Shown here: positions 15,224 to 25,181 of the stretch, piece after piece
How the letters are laid out: each line of letters starts with the position of its first letter
How positions within the stretch are numbered: position 1 is the first letter of the stretch
Origin: a virus
DNA length: 64,000 nt
Virus record (IMG/VR): IMGVR_UViG_3300023184_003735
Location: 1 to 64,000 of that record
Direction: 5' to 3' (one strand)
Made by a program: the position numbers and the translations under genes
The notes under the pieces: model-generated
Seen by the model: the letters and a program-made list of their open reading frames with translations, nothing else
Database searches by the model: none
Told to the model about the DNA's origin: nothing

Positions 15224-17989
15224 ATGGCAGACCCAACAGGATCAGGCAGCAACGGCGGCACAACAACAGTGGTTTCAAACCCACCTAATCCCCCTACAAC
15301 CAATACAGTACCCAACACAACAACCAATACAAAAACGGTTGAGTTCCAGTCATCAACACCACAATCGTCGACCAGTACTAGCCCTCCTATTGCTGTGTCT
15401 TATCCTGGCGGAACATACTTGTTCAATAGTCAGGCTGAACTTGATGCATACTCACAAAACCCCAATGACTACGCAAGTTCCTTTGTGGGCAGTGGTTATA
15501 CTGTGACCAAGATAACACCATCTGTACAAAAACAAGAACCCACAGAGTCAGTATTCGATCCAGGAACCACATACAATGGTCCTGCCGCCCAAGAGTCTGT
15601 ATTTGATCCAAGGCAAGATCCTACAGAAAACATTTTTAATCCCAATGCCGCACTGCCTAATCCAGCAGTCACAACAGCCGCACAACTTAACGATCCTTAT
15701 GCAGGACTCTCCCCAACGCAATTACAAGACCTTGGTGGTGCAGACCCCACTGATCCTTACATTCGTGCAAGACTAGGCATACCACAACTGCCTGGATCCA
15801 CACTCAATGTTACTAGTGGTTTTGGATTTGGTAATCTTACCACAAATTTTCCCAGCATTGATAATGCCTTGGGCACTATTAGAAGTTTGTTTAGTGGCAC
15901 AATAGGTATCTTATTCAGTAACAATGTTGCAAGTACCACAGCTGCAACCACTGGATCGGGAACAGCCGCCTTGGTGGCACCCACTGGTCCCTCTACGGCC
16001 CTAACACCAGTTGATGCGACCACAACGGAAGGCTTCGGAGTACAAGCCACTGTAGACCCAACTACATTAGAGGGATTTGGAGTACAGGCCACAGTTGACC
16101 CAACCACCCTAGAAGGCTATGGAGTTCCGGCTCCTCTACAAACAAGAGGCATTAGGGTCAGTAGTACTACACTAGATGCAGATCAAGCAGACGCTTATTA
16201 CAACGGTACAGGAACATTAACTGCTGACCAACGCCTAGCACAAGATCAACAGACAGCCGCCGATGCTGCCAAGTTGTATCCGGGATCAAACAACGAGGCT
16301 CTAAGACAAATTGATATTGGCGCTGGCCGTATTGCTGAAAACGAAGTTGGTATTGCTAATGCTGAACAAATTGTCGCTAGAAACAATGCTGAACTTGCTG
16401 ATCCAAATATTAGCAATGCTAGACGAGCAGAGTTGCTGGCCAACAATGAAGCACAACAAGAATACATTCAAGTAGCCACAGAAAATATAGCAATACAAGA
16501 AAATGTAATTGAACAAAATGCCAACGTGTACGCGGCAGGTGGAGGCAACGAAGGTGCTGGACTAACAACAACACCGGTTGACCCAACCACCCTGGAAGGT
16601 TATGGAATTCAAGCCACGGTGGATCCAACCACATTAGAAGGCTTTGGAGTACAAGCACCGGTTGACCCAACTACTCTGGAAGGTTATGGAATTCAAGCCA
16701 CGGTGGATCCAACCACATTAGAAGGCTTTGGAGTTCCGGGCCCAGACCCGGTTGATGCAAACAACAGTGGCGAAGGATTTGGTAATGTTTATCCAGATGG
16801 CTTTGGTGGATTTGTTAACGGCGATGGCCAACCTGTTGATGCCAACGGATCGCTAATACCAACCGGTAATAATATAACTGAATCAGCCGCACTAGTTGAT
16901 CCAGGCACTGGAGGTGAGGGATTTACTCTAGGCACACCTGACGGCAACGGTGGTTTTATAGATGCGGCTGGGAACCCAGTTGACGCAAATGGTGTGCCTA
17001 TAGCAGCTATACAGCCCACAACATACCCACCAGAAGATGTTGCAATTGATGGAATTGGTGTACAAGAAAACGGAGCAACAGCAACACCAGATCCCAACTT
17101 TGGATTTAATCCTGACCAAGAAGAGGCTGCCGCAGAATCTGCTACTAGAAACAGAGCCCAAAAACAAGCCACAGTTCAGGCACGTTACAAACAACCTGGC
17201 AACACTGACTGGCGAGTGAGATTGAGCCTATCACCTGGTGCGCAATATCTTTATAATGCTACTCCGGCTGGGGTATTAGCACCTCTCAAAGCCGAAGGCG
17301 GCACCGACGGAGTGATATTTCCATACACACCGAATATTACCACAACATATTCGGCTAATTACGAACAGTATGATCTAGTACATTCAAATTATCGTGGCAT
17401 ATTCTATAAAAATAGTAGAGTGGGTGATATTCAAATACGTGGAACATTTACGGCACAAAATACCACAGAAGCCAATTACTTGTTGGCTGTGATACATTTC
17501 TTTAGATCGGCTACCAAAATGTTTTACGGACAAGATGAGCAACGCGGAGCACCCCCTCCAATTTGTTTGTTAAACGGTTTTGGTGGGTACCAATTCTCAG
17601 ACCATCCGGTGGTGATAAGTGCATTTAATTATACCTTGCCCAACGATGTGGACTACATAAGAACAACCAATCCCAACAATTTTGGTTTGAATCTAAACAA
17701 TCGATACAATCCAGCAGGCGCCAGTTTGCCAGCAGGTGGATCACTAGCTGGGTTGAATAGATTGTTAAATGCCATACCCGGTGGATTAAACAAAGGTGCA
17801 ATACCAACCACGCCATCTCCCAACACCGTATCTGGTAGTGTTACAAACAATACACCAGCCAGTTATGTGCCTACCAAAATAGAAATAGATGTAACATTGA
17901 TACCTGTACAAACACGCAGCCAAGTCAGTCAACAATTCAGCCTCAAAGGCTTTGCTAATGGTGACCTGCTCAAAGGAGGATTCTGGTAA
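15224..17989 (+). CDS. Tail tube initiator/baseplate-tail junction protein (gp48/gp54-like) with a long repetitive N-terminal region
   Basis: 921 aa; C-terminal GVIFPYTP...YYxxS-like...IHFFRSATKMFYG...PPP...PVVI domain of tube-initiator type; first gene of the baseplate operon. Confidence 0.65.
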   Translation: MADPTGSGSNGGTTTVVSNPPNPPTTNTVPNTTTNTKTVEFQSSTPQSSTSTSPPIAVSYPGGTYLFNSQAELDAYSQNPNDYASSFVGSGYTVTKITPSVQKQEPTESVFDPGTTYNGPAAQESVFDPRQDPTENIFNPNAALPNPAVTTAAQLNDPYAGLSPTQLQDLGGADPTDPYIRARLGIPQLPGSTLNVTSGFGFGNLTTNFPSIDNALGTIRSLFSGTIGILFSNNVASTTAATTGSGTAALVAPTGPSTALTPVDATTTEGFGVQATVDPTTLEGFGVQATVDPTTLEGYGVPAPLQTRGIRVSSTTLDADQADAYYNGTGTLTADQRLAQDQQTAADAAKLYPGSNNEALRQIDIGAGRIAENEVGIANAEQIVARNNAELADPNISNARRAELLANNEAQQEYIQVATENIAIQENVIEQNANVYAAGGGNEGAGLTTTPVDPTTLEGYGIQATVDPTTLEGFGVQAPVDPTTLEGYGIQATVDPTTLEGFGVPGPDPVDANNSGEGFGNVYPDGFGGFVNGDGQPVDANGSLIPTGNNITESAALVDPGTGGEGFTLGTPDGNGGFIDAAGNPVDANGVPIAAIQPTTYPPEDVAIDGIGVQENGATATPDPNFGFNPDQEEAAAESATRNRAQKQATVQARYKQPGNTDWRVRLSLSPGAQYLYNATPAGVLAPLKAEGGTDGVIFPYTPNITTTYSANYEQYDLVHSNYRGIFYKNSRVGDIQIRGTFTAQNTTEANYLLAVIHFFRSATKMFYGQDEQRGAPPPICLLNGFGGYQFSDHPVVISAFNYTLPNDVDYIRTTNPNNFGLNLNNRYNPAGASLPAGGSLAGLNRLLNAIPGGLNKGAIPTTPSPNTVSGSVTNNTPASYVPTKIEIDVTLIPVQTRSQVSQQFSLKGFANGDLLKGGFW
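16010..16129 (+). repeat. 42-nt coding tandem repeat, about 3 copies (VDPTTLEGFGVQAT)
   Basis: Seen directly in DNA and protein; copies differ mainly at synonymous positions. Confidence 0.9.
16574..16741 (+). repeat. 42-nt coding tandem repeat, 4 copies arranged as an 84-nt duplication
   Basis: PVDPTTLEGYGIQATVDPTTLEGFGV occurs twice; the two 84-nt halves are nearly identical. Confidence 0.92.
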
Positions 17990-18288
17990 TGGCCGATTAC
18001 ACATCAACAAGTCCGTATTTTGAAACTGGGTACAGTCAATTCTTTCTTGACACCATGGTCAATAGACCCATACCTAAAGAAACTGACGACTTGACCTTTA
18101 CTATTAACACCACTTATCAATATCGTCCAGACCTGTTAGCATTTGATCTGTATCAAAATGCCGGCTTGTGGTGGGTGTTTTATCAACGCAACCCTAACAC
18201 TCTCATAGCACCTCCTATGGATTTTAAAGTAGGAACTTTTATCTACTTGCCGAAAATAACAACGCTGAAATCAGCCCTGGGATTTTAA
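17989..18288 (+). CDS. Baseplate wedge subunit, gp53-like (LysM-like)
   Basis: 99 aa; YRPDLLAFDLY...LWWVF..RN...IYLP motif. Confidence 0.8.
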   Translation: MADYTSTSPYFETGYSQFFLDTMVNRPIPKETDDLTFTINTTYQYRPDLLAFDLYQNAGLWWVFYQRNPNTLIAPPMDFKVGTFIYLPKITTLKSALGF

Positions 18289-18291
18289 TCT

Positions 18292-21200
18292 ATGGCCACA
18301 GCCGTTGAACTTCAAGCAGAAATTCGTCGATTACAGGAAAGATATCGCATAGCTCAGAATGGCCTGGCTACCCTCAATAGAAATTTACAAAGTAATCAGG
18401 CCATACTAGCAAGATACACATCTGAAGTTTCTACCATCCCAGGACAAGTGGCAGCGTTGGAAGCACAAATAGATGCAATACAGCCGCCACCTGCTACTGC
18501 TAGTCAAGCCGCCAGCGACGATGGGCCTCGCGGTCCAAACAAATCTGCCGCCGCTCGAGTGTCCAATGGTCGCATAGTTGCGCCACCGGTTACTACCTCT
18601 CCTACCAACGCAGACATACCGCCAACGTCAGAAAACAGTGGGGACGCGGGACTTAACGGCGAAACACGTACTACAGAACAAACACAGGCCACAGATCAAT
18701 ATGCTCATGGTATCAATGTCAGAGCCGAAGATGGCACATTGTCTAATCTAAGAAAGAATCCTGAAACAGGAGAGTTATATGATCCAGGCGGCATGCCCGG
18801 TGGTGTTGATCTAACTACAGAACCTGGAACACCCACTAGAGATGATGCCAAAAACAACAGCACTACAACAGCACAAACCGAAGTAAATGGTGCCAATAAT
18901 ACCACGGTCAAGGTTGTGGCACGACCCAACATGCTAGATGAGTTTTACAGTTATACATATTCAGCCAGTGTGTATCTGTTGAATGAGTCGCAGTATCGCA
19001 AATTACTAAACAGCAAAAGCAAAAACATTGATGGATATCAATTATTGTTTCAAACAGCCGGTGGCCCACCCAATCGTGGCGGAGTACGTGCGCCTCCTAC
19101 GACACCGGGTGTTAGTGATCAAGAAAGTGTGTTTGATCCCACAGGTGGCGTGAACACAGCAGGTACATCCAACTATCCCGATGGTCAGCGAAATCCTTTT
19201 TTTGCTAATGACTTTTACATTGATTCTATTACCATGGAAACTTTGCCACAAGGCAAAGGTGCCGGCGCCGCGCACGTTAACTCAGCATTAAAATTCACAG
19301 TGATTGAACCCAATGGTATCACGTTACTGGATAGATTGTATGACGCTGTGAAAAATATTGCACCTACAGATGCTAGTGGCAAAGTCAATTATGCCAGCGC
19401 AGACTACCTCATGGTCATTAGATTCTATGGTTATAATCAAGATGGTCAACTAGTATATCCTATTACTGGAAAACCTGATCCAGAAGGCACCAGTGATAGT
19501 GCGGCCGCAGTTGAAAAATTTATACCATTCCACATTAAAGAACTGCGCTGGGGTGTGGGTAGTAAATTGGTTTCTTATGAGTGGGATTGTGTGCCCACTG
19601 GCTACATTATTGGTGGGTATACCGGTCGTGGAACCATACCTTACGATATTCAATTGGTAGATTCTACTGTGGGCGGACTATTAGCCGGTGATGCCAAATA
19701 TGCCACAGGCACAGCACCCAATACTAATCCTGGAGCATCTACTACGACCGGAAACAAAACAGATCAAAATCAAAGTTCAGCAGAAACTGCTCGACTTAGT
19801 AGACAAAATGCCACAACAGCACCACCTGCTGCCAGCGCGGCCCCTACCACAAAGAAAACAATTACTCAAGGACTTATGGGTGCTATGAATGATTTTCAAG
19901 CACAACTGGTCCGTGATGGCATCTATACCACCGCTGATCGTTATTCTATAGAATTTGTTGGCACCCCTGACATGCCTGCATCGGCAATCTCAGGAGCAAA
20001 ACTTCAGTTGCCTGATGTCAAAAAAGACAAAAGCAAAACTGGTAGCGGCAAAAACGACCCCAAGGGAATAGATCCAAACAAACAGTCAGTTGACATGGTC
20101 AGTCGCAGTTTTAGTATTGTAGCCGGGCAACAACTATTACAAGCCATTGAATTAGTAATTCGCAACAGCAGTTATATTACAAGCCAAGCCTTGGTAGTTC
20201 TACAACCAGATGGCACATACAAGCCCAATCCCAACAGCAAAAACAAACCCATGAAGTGGTTTACTATTAGCATGGTGGCTAGTAAAATTGGGGACACGTT
20301 AGATCCTTTAAGAAATGACTATGCTTACGATATCAAATATGTAGTGGCACCATTTAGAGTGGAAAATTTTAACAGTAAATATTTTCCTATCAGCACCTTT
20401 CCGGGAGTACACAAAAGTTATCCCTACTGGTTTACCGGTCAAAACACCGCCGTATTAGACTATCAAGAAACATTCAATGCTCTATATGCATTGACTGTGA
20501 GCGGCAATGATCCTAAGAATCGATCAAATGCCCAACGTGAAGCATTCACAGCAAGTATGGCCGAAATTGTCAAGTTTCATTATGATCCACGCAGTGCAGA
20601 AAGTAGTCAACAGGCCGATGGCAAAAGCAACGAGATTGGTGCCAATGCCGCAGAAATTTTATACAGTGGCACAGATCTTAAAGAAGCCAAGGTAAAAATT
20701 ATTGGCGATCCTTCGTGGATTATGCAAGGTAGTTTATTCAGGGATATCATGGGCAGTGTAATGACTGGTAAATCTTATACTTCAGGATTTTTACCTGATG
20801 GCAGTGTGAACTTTGATGCCAGTCAGGTGCTGTTTGAAATCAAATGGCAACGTCCCGAAGATTATGATCTAGCAACTGGCCTAGCCGATCCTTACAGCGT
20901 GACCCAGAAAAAATACAACAATCGTCTAGCATTACAAAGTCGTGTATACCTGTGCAAAAAAGTTGTGAGTGAATTTAGACAAGGCAAGTTTGAACAAACT
21001 CTAGAAGGTGCCATTTACTTGTTTCCCAAACCAGACAGAACAAATACTGCTAACCCAGCCGCAGTTGGCTCAGCCAAAGTCAATCAGTTTGGTGCGTTTG
21101 ATTTTGGACGTGGAGACACTTGGGACAGCACACCGGTGCCCAATCAAAACAACGCTGAAACCGCTAGGCTGGCAAGACAAAACGCCATAGCAGGAACTAC

Positions 21201-21591
21201 AGGTAGTGCAGGCCGCAAGGCCAACGAGGTCATTGCTGGTCGCACAGCATTTGCTGACAAAGCGGCAGCACTTGGTGCACAAGGCGCATATCAAGTGGCA
21301 CAGTTTGGTAATACCGGCGGAGGCGCGGCATTTGGTAATCCATCAATCACTAGACAAGGTATCACAGCCGGTGCCCAACAAGTATTACCAGCTGGCAGTC
21401 CTGGGGCACCAACAGATGGCGCAGGCGGCACAATTGGCGTGGCCGAATCGGTTGGAAGTGGCCCACCAAAATTGTCATCTACGGGATTTGTAGACAGATT
21501 TTTGAATCGCCTGGCTGGCCAAAAAATTGCAGATGCCAATCCAAACAGCACTACTAATCCTGCAGTACAAAAGATTGTTAAGGATCAATAA
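18292..21591 (+). CDS. Baseplate hub protein (gp27/gpD-like position)
   Basis: 1099 aa between the gp53-like and gp5-like genes; F.VIEP.G..L, IIGDP.W and Y....V.S.F..GKF.Q.L motifs of hub-type proteins. Confidence 0.6.
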   Translation: MATAVELQAEIRRLQERYRIAQNGLATLNRNLQSNQAILARYTSEVSTIPGQVAALEAQIDAIQPPPATASQAASDDGPRGPNKSAAARVSNGRIVAPPVTTSPTNADIPPTSENSGDAGLNGETRTTEQTQATDQYAHGINVRAEDGTLSNLRKNPETGELYDPGGMPGGVDLTTEPGTPTRDDAKNNSTTTAQTEVNGANNTTVKVVARPNMLDEFYSYTYSASVYLLNESQYRKLLNSKSKNIDGYQLLFQTAGGPPNRGGVRAPPTTPGVSDQESVFDPTGGVNTAGTSNYPDGQRNPFFANDFYIDSITMETLPQGKGAGAAHVNSALKFTVIEPNGITLLDRLYDAVKNIAPTDASGKVNYASADYLMVIRFYGYNQDGQLVYPITGKPDPEGTSDSAAAVEKFIPFHIKELRWGVGSKLVSYEWDCVPTGYIIGGYTGRGTIPYDIQLVDSTVGGLLAGDAKYATGTAPNTNPGASTTTGNKTDQNQSSAETARLSRQNATTAPPAASAAPTTKKTITQGLMGAMNDFQAQLVRDGIYTTADRYSIEFVGTPDMPASAISGAKLQLPDVKKDKSKTGSGKNDPKGIDPNKQSVDMVSRSFSIVAGQQLLQAIELVIRNSSYITSQALVVLQPDGTYKPNPNSKNKPMKWFTISMVASKIGDTLDPLRNDYAYDIKYVVAPFRVENFNSKYFPISTFPGVHKSYPYWFTGQNTAVLDYQETFNALYALTVSGNDPKNRSNAQREAFTASMAEIVKFHYDPRSAESSQQADGKSNEIGANAAEILYSGTDLKEAKVKIIGDPSWIMQGSLFRDIMGSVMTGKSYTSGFLPDGSVNFDASQVLFEIKWQRPEDYDLATGLADPYSVTQKKYNNRLALQSRVYLCKKVVSEFRQGKFEQTLEGAIYLFPKPDRTNTANPAAVGSAKVNQFGAFDFGRGDTWDSTPVPNQNNAETARLARQNAIAGTTGSAGRKANEVIAGRTAFADKAAALGAQGAYQVAQFGNTGGGAAFGNPSITRQGITAGAQQVLPAGSPGAPTDGAGGTIGVAESVGSGPPKLSSTGFVDRFLNRLAGQKIADANPNSTTNPAVQKIVKDQ

Positions 21592-23111
21592 TGACAGAAA
21601 GTGTAGAACGCAGTAGAGGGCGCCCCAGTAATTATAAAATGGACCGCGGCGGCGTGCCCGCAGAATTTGGACCATTCTCTGGAGTAGTCATGAGCACTGT
21701 AGATCCTACACGTGCCGGTCGTCTGCGTGTGTATATTGAAGCATTTGTTGATGGCGGCGAAGCGGCCATGAATGATGAAACCAAATGGACCACAGTGAGT
21801 TATATGCCACCTTTCTATGGGTCTACTCCTTTGCAAGGCTCGGCCAACACTGGCAATAACGGCGCCTATCCGGGAAATCAAAACAGTTATGGTATGTGGT
21901 TTACACCTCCCGATGTTGGGGTTACTGTGATGTGCATATTTGTCAATGGCGACCGCTCACAAGGTTACTACATTGGTACTATCCCAGATCAAGGACTAGG
22001 CCGCATGGTTCCGGCCATTGGGTCAGTAGAGGTATCGCAAGCAGAAGTACAAAATCAAAATCAACAAACGTATTTTACAGATGCCACACGCTTGCCAGTT
22101 ATAGAAATCAATACCAACAATACAGATCTTTTTAATAGCCCAAGATTTTTTGATGGTATAAAACCTGTACAAGGAGTTGTGGCTCAAGCATTACTTCAGC
22201 AAGGTCTTATTACAGACAATGAACGTGGCACAATCAACTCTAGCAGTCAACGAGAAAGTCCAAGCGCAGTATTTGGAATCAGCACACCTGGTATTCCCGT
22301 ATACTCTGGTGGAATGAAACCCAATGACATCAGAACTAAATTAAATGCTGGCACGCTCAGTCCCGGCGATGCAAAAGTAATTGGACGAGTAGGCGGCCAC
22401 AGTCTTGTGATGGATGATGGTGATCTTGAAGGCAACAATGCTTTGCTGAGATTGCGTACCAGCAAAGGTCATCAAATTACCATGAGTGATACTGGTAACT
22501 TTTTTTATATTATTCATGCCAATGGGCAAACATGGTTGGAGTTTGGGGTCGAAGGCACCGTGGATGTGTACGCCACAAATAGCGTGAATGTGCGAACCAA
22601 GGGTGATATTAATTTGCATGCCGATCGTGACATCAACATGTTTGCTGGACGTTATTTGAAAATGAAAAGCAAGGAAGACATGCAGTTGGAAACAGATACG
22701 TTTCTCAGCGTTCAAGCACAGGATGATATTACTTTGTACAGCAAAAGCACAATTGGTGTCAAGGCCGATGGCACACTTACACTAAACAGCGCATCAGGTT
22801 CGTGGGGTGCAGGATCTGCATTGGCATTGCAAGCAGGTGGTATTGATCTCAACGGCCCGGCCGCAGGCACAGTCGCTAACCCACAACCACTAACCACAAC
22901 CTTGTTAGATGACACCAAATGGGATACCAGCAAAGGTTGGATAGTCGACCCCGAAGCACTCAAAAGCACAGTGAGTCGAGCACCCACGCACGAACCATAT
23001 CCCTATCACAACAAAGGTGTGGATGTTGAAATTGCATTTGAAGAGGGAAAACCTTCACCACCACCGGGTGCAGTACCAGTTCCCGCCGGCATAGAAATAC
23101 AGGCGAAATAA
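21591..23111 (+). CDS. Baseplate central spike, gp5/VgrG-like
   Basis: N-terminal OB-fold DPTRAGRLRVYI...PDVG..V...F; GH..VMDD and RTSKGHQI; beta-helix repeats; C-terminal RAPTHEPYPYH; no lysozyme domain evident. Confidence 0.85.
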   Translation: MTESVERSRGRPSNYKMDRGGVPAEFGPFSGVVMSTVDPTRAGRLRVYIEAFVDGGEAAMNDETKWTTVSYMPPFYGSTPLQGSANTGNNGAYPGNQNSYGMWFTPPDVGVTVMCIFVNGDRSQGYYIGTIPDQGLGRMVPAIGSVEVSQAEVQNQNQQTYFTDATRLPVIEINTNNTDLFNSPRFFDGIKPVQGVVAQALLQQGLITDNERGTINSSSQRESPSAVFGISTPGIPVYSGGMKPNDIRTKLNAGTLSPGDAKVIGRVGGHSLVMDDGDLEGNNALLRLRTSKGHQITMSDTGNFFYIIHANGQTWLEFGVEGTVDVYATNSVNVRTKGDINLHADRDINMFAGRYLKMKSKEDMQLETDTFLSVQAQDDITLYSKSTIGVKADGTLTLNSASGSWGAGSALALQAGGIDLNGPAAGTVANPQPLTTTLLDDTKWDTSKGWIVDPEALKSTVSRAPTHEPYPYHNKGVDVEIAFEEGKPSPPPGAVPVPAGIEIQAK

Positions 23112-23112
23112 C

Positions 23113-24738
23113 ATGGCTGAATTTTCATTTACCAGCGCAGACGGCAAACCATTTGTGATCAAAGGACCAGAAGGGCTCTCACGAGAGCAAGCTGAAGCGA
23201 TCTTTAAAAAACAAGATTCAACTGGTTCCTTAGTAGGATTCAAACCTGGCGACAGTCTCTCCGCCGCCTCACAAGCAGCCGATGGTCTTGCTGGCGCACA
23301 AGGCGCATTACAACAAGCACAAGGTAGCCTTGCAGGTGCACTTGGTAGTGTAGGAAGTGTTGCACCATTAGGGTCAATTAGTACTGCACTTGGTGCCGCT
23401 GGTGGTGCTGGTGGCGGATCGCTGGCCGCAACTGCCGCGGGACTAACAGCAGCCGTGGGTCCAGCAGTATCAGCCGCATCTGGCGCAATATCTTCAACTA
23501 TTGCTGGTGCTGTAAATGCAGGCAAGGCCTTGGTCAATGCCGCGGTCATACAAGGAAGCACAGCAGTCTCTTCTATTCAAACCATAAACAAAACCATAAC
23601 CGGTTTTCCTGTTACCAATCCCATCAATACCGCTGACTTTACAAAAGTTGCCAGCGGCATCACTGGTGCCGGCGCTGTGAGTGGCATTGGTCCCATGAGT
23701 ATTCCAGAAGTAAATGGGGTGCTTGCGCAAGCAAAAAATTTAACAGGACAGGCATCCAGTGCTATTAGTAACACCAAGGGCCTTGGGTCATTTGGATTTG
23801 ATCTAAAACAATTGGAAACAGCAGGTTTCGTCAAACCAGGTGTGGCAGCCTTGGCAGCACAAGGTGCAAGTTTATTTTCAAATGTGGTTAAAAGTCCTGC
23901 CGCCTGGACCGGCAAAGATGGAATCAAAAGTGCAACTGATCTATTGGGCAATCCTGGAAAACAGAGTTTGATACAACAGGACCTTATGACCAAAGGCATA
24001 GCAGGACTAGGTGCAGTTGGGGTGCCTGTGCAAAACTTATCAAGCCAGGGTATTGCTGGTATGGCGCTGAATGCCGCAAAAAGTCTGCCCAATGCTGAAG
24101 CATTTGCTAAAGGATTACCTATTCCTGGAGACGCTACAGGCGCAGTACAAGCGGGCTTTAATAGTGCTGTTCGTGATGGTGCATTTGCAGTAAACTTAGT
24201 CAACACCAAGATACCCACAGCATTCAAACAACAAGATATTCCTGTGCCCAAGATAGATACTGTAAATCGTGCCACACTGGATGCTGCCAGCACCAGAGTT
24301 GTTGGTGATCCAAAGATACCCGTACCTAGTTATTCGGCCAAGACCCCTTCGGGGTCTGCACAAGTTTACATTGACAAAGCCACAATTTTCTTCAACGACT
24401 ACCTTAATCCTTCAGTTCAGCAATTGCAAGCATTGGATCCAAAATTTGCGTCTTTGGAGAACCAACAGACTATTACACAAGCACAGTACGACGCACTCAA
24501 TAGTGAACGTGATGGTATACGCAACAACTACAACATCAATGGTCTTCCCAAAGCCAAAGAACTGGTTGATATCTACAATGACCTAGATGCTGAAGGGCAA
24601 AAAACAATCAAAGCATCTGAGTTTAGTATAAACATCCTTACTACAAAAATTCAAGCCGGAGCTGCTTTCTCAGCGTCACAGAAAGAAAGACTGTATGCAT
24701 TGAGTCAGAAAATTGAAGGGCGCGGCGAGGGTGAATAA
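23113..24738 (+). CDS. Baseplate-associated Ala/Gly-rich protein
   Basis: 541-aa ORF tightly coupled between the gp5-like and gp25-like genes. Confidence 0.7.
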   Translation: MAEFSFTSADGKPFVIKGPEGLSREQAEAIFKKQDSTGSLVGFKPGDSLSAASQAADGLAGAQGALQQAQGSLAGALGSVGSVAPLGSISTALGAAGGAGGGSLAATAAGLTAAVGPAVSAASGAISSTIAGAVNAGKALVNAAVIQGSTAVSSIQTINKTITGFPVTNPINTADFTKVASGITGAGAVSGIGPMSIPEVNGVLAQAKNLTGQASSAISNTKGLGSFGFDLKQLETAGFVKPGVAALAAQGASLFSNVVKSPAAWTGKDGIKSATDLLGNPGKQSLIQQDLMTKGIAGLGAVGVPVQNLSSQGIAGMALNAAKSLPNAEAFAKGLPIPGDATGAVQAGFNSAVRDGAFAVNLVNTKIPTAFKQQDIPVPKIDTVNRATLDAASTRVVGDPKIPVPSYSAKTPSGSAQVYIDKATIFFNDYLNPSVQQLQALDPKFASLENQQTITQAQYDALNSERDGIRNNYNINGLPKAKELVDIYNDLDAEGQKTIKASEFSINILTTKIQAGAAFSASQKERLYALSQKIEGRGEGE

Positions 24739-24743
24739 GCACC

Positions 24744-24751
24744 CATAAATA
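24744..24751 (+). promoter_or_regulatory. Late-promoter-like CATAAATA
   Basis: 4 nt upstream of the gp25 ATG; no Shine-Dalgarno between the box and the ATG. Confidence 0.55.
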
Positions 24752-24755
24752 CCAT

Positions 24756-25133
24756 ATGGCACAAACATTCATTGGATTCAACACACAAAATCAGTACAAA
24801 AAGTTCACGCTCACGGACTTTGCACTGATCAAGCGCGATCTCTTAAACGCATTTAACATACGTCAAGGCCAGTTACCTGGTCGCCCTGCGTATGGCACAG
24901 TGTTGTGGGACTTCTTGTTTGAGAATCAACTGGAAGAATTACAAACCGGCATAGTGACAGAAGTACAACGGGTGGCCGGCGGCGACCCACGTATCTACAT
25001 CAGTAACACACAAGTGTTTCCTCAAGAGAACGGTATACTACTTGAAATTGAATTGCAAGTAATACCAAGTGATAATGCTCAACGATTAAGTATTTTCTTT
25101 GACTTACAGCAACGCTCAGCGAGTTATGTATAA
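24756..25133 (+). CDS. gp25: Baseplate wedge subunit gp25-like
   Basis: 125 aa; D..LIKRDLLN.FNIR.G...GRP.YGT.LWD.LFE...DPRI motif of the gpW/gp25 family. Confidence 0.88.
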   Translation: MAQTFIGFNTQNQYKKFTLTDFALIKRDLLNAFNIRQGQLPGRPAYGTVLWDFLFENQLEELQTGIVTEVQRVAGGDPRIYISNTQVFPQENGILLEIELQVIPSDNAQRLSIFFDLQQRSASYV

Positions 25134-25138
25134 ACTAA

Positions 25139-25161
25139 GCCGTTTTTGAATCCCATAAATA
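25139..25161 (+). promoter_or_regulatory. Late promoter (CATAAATA) with upstream GCCGTTTTT element
   Basis: TAAATA at 25156-25161; GCCG starts 17 nt upstream; GAGG RBS follows. Confidence 0.6.
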
Positions 25162-25181
25162 AACAATAGAGGCTCAGTACA

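Noticed and set aside
16010-16741. 42-nt repeats as a CRISPR or guide array
   Set aside because: The repeats are contiguous, in frame and vary at synonymous positions, with no unique spacers and no cas genes; they are protein repeats.
23577-24293. 238-aa antisense ORF, and many other 60-170 aa shadow ORFs in the track
   Set aside because: They lie opposite or within well-supported genes with Ala/Gly/Thr codon bias, and lack RBS and recognisable motifs.
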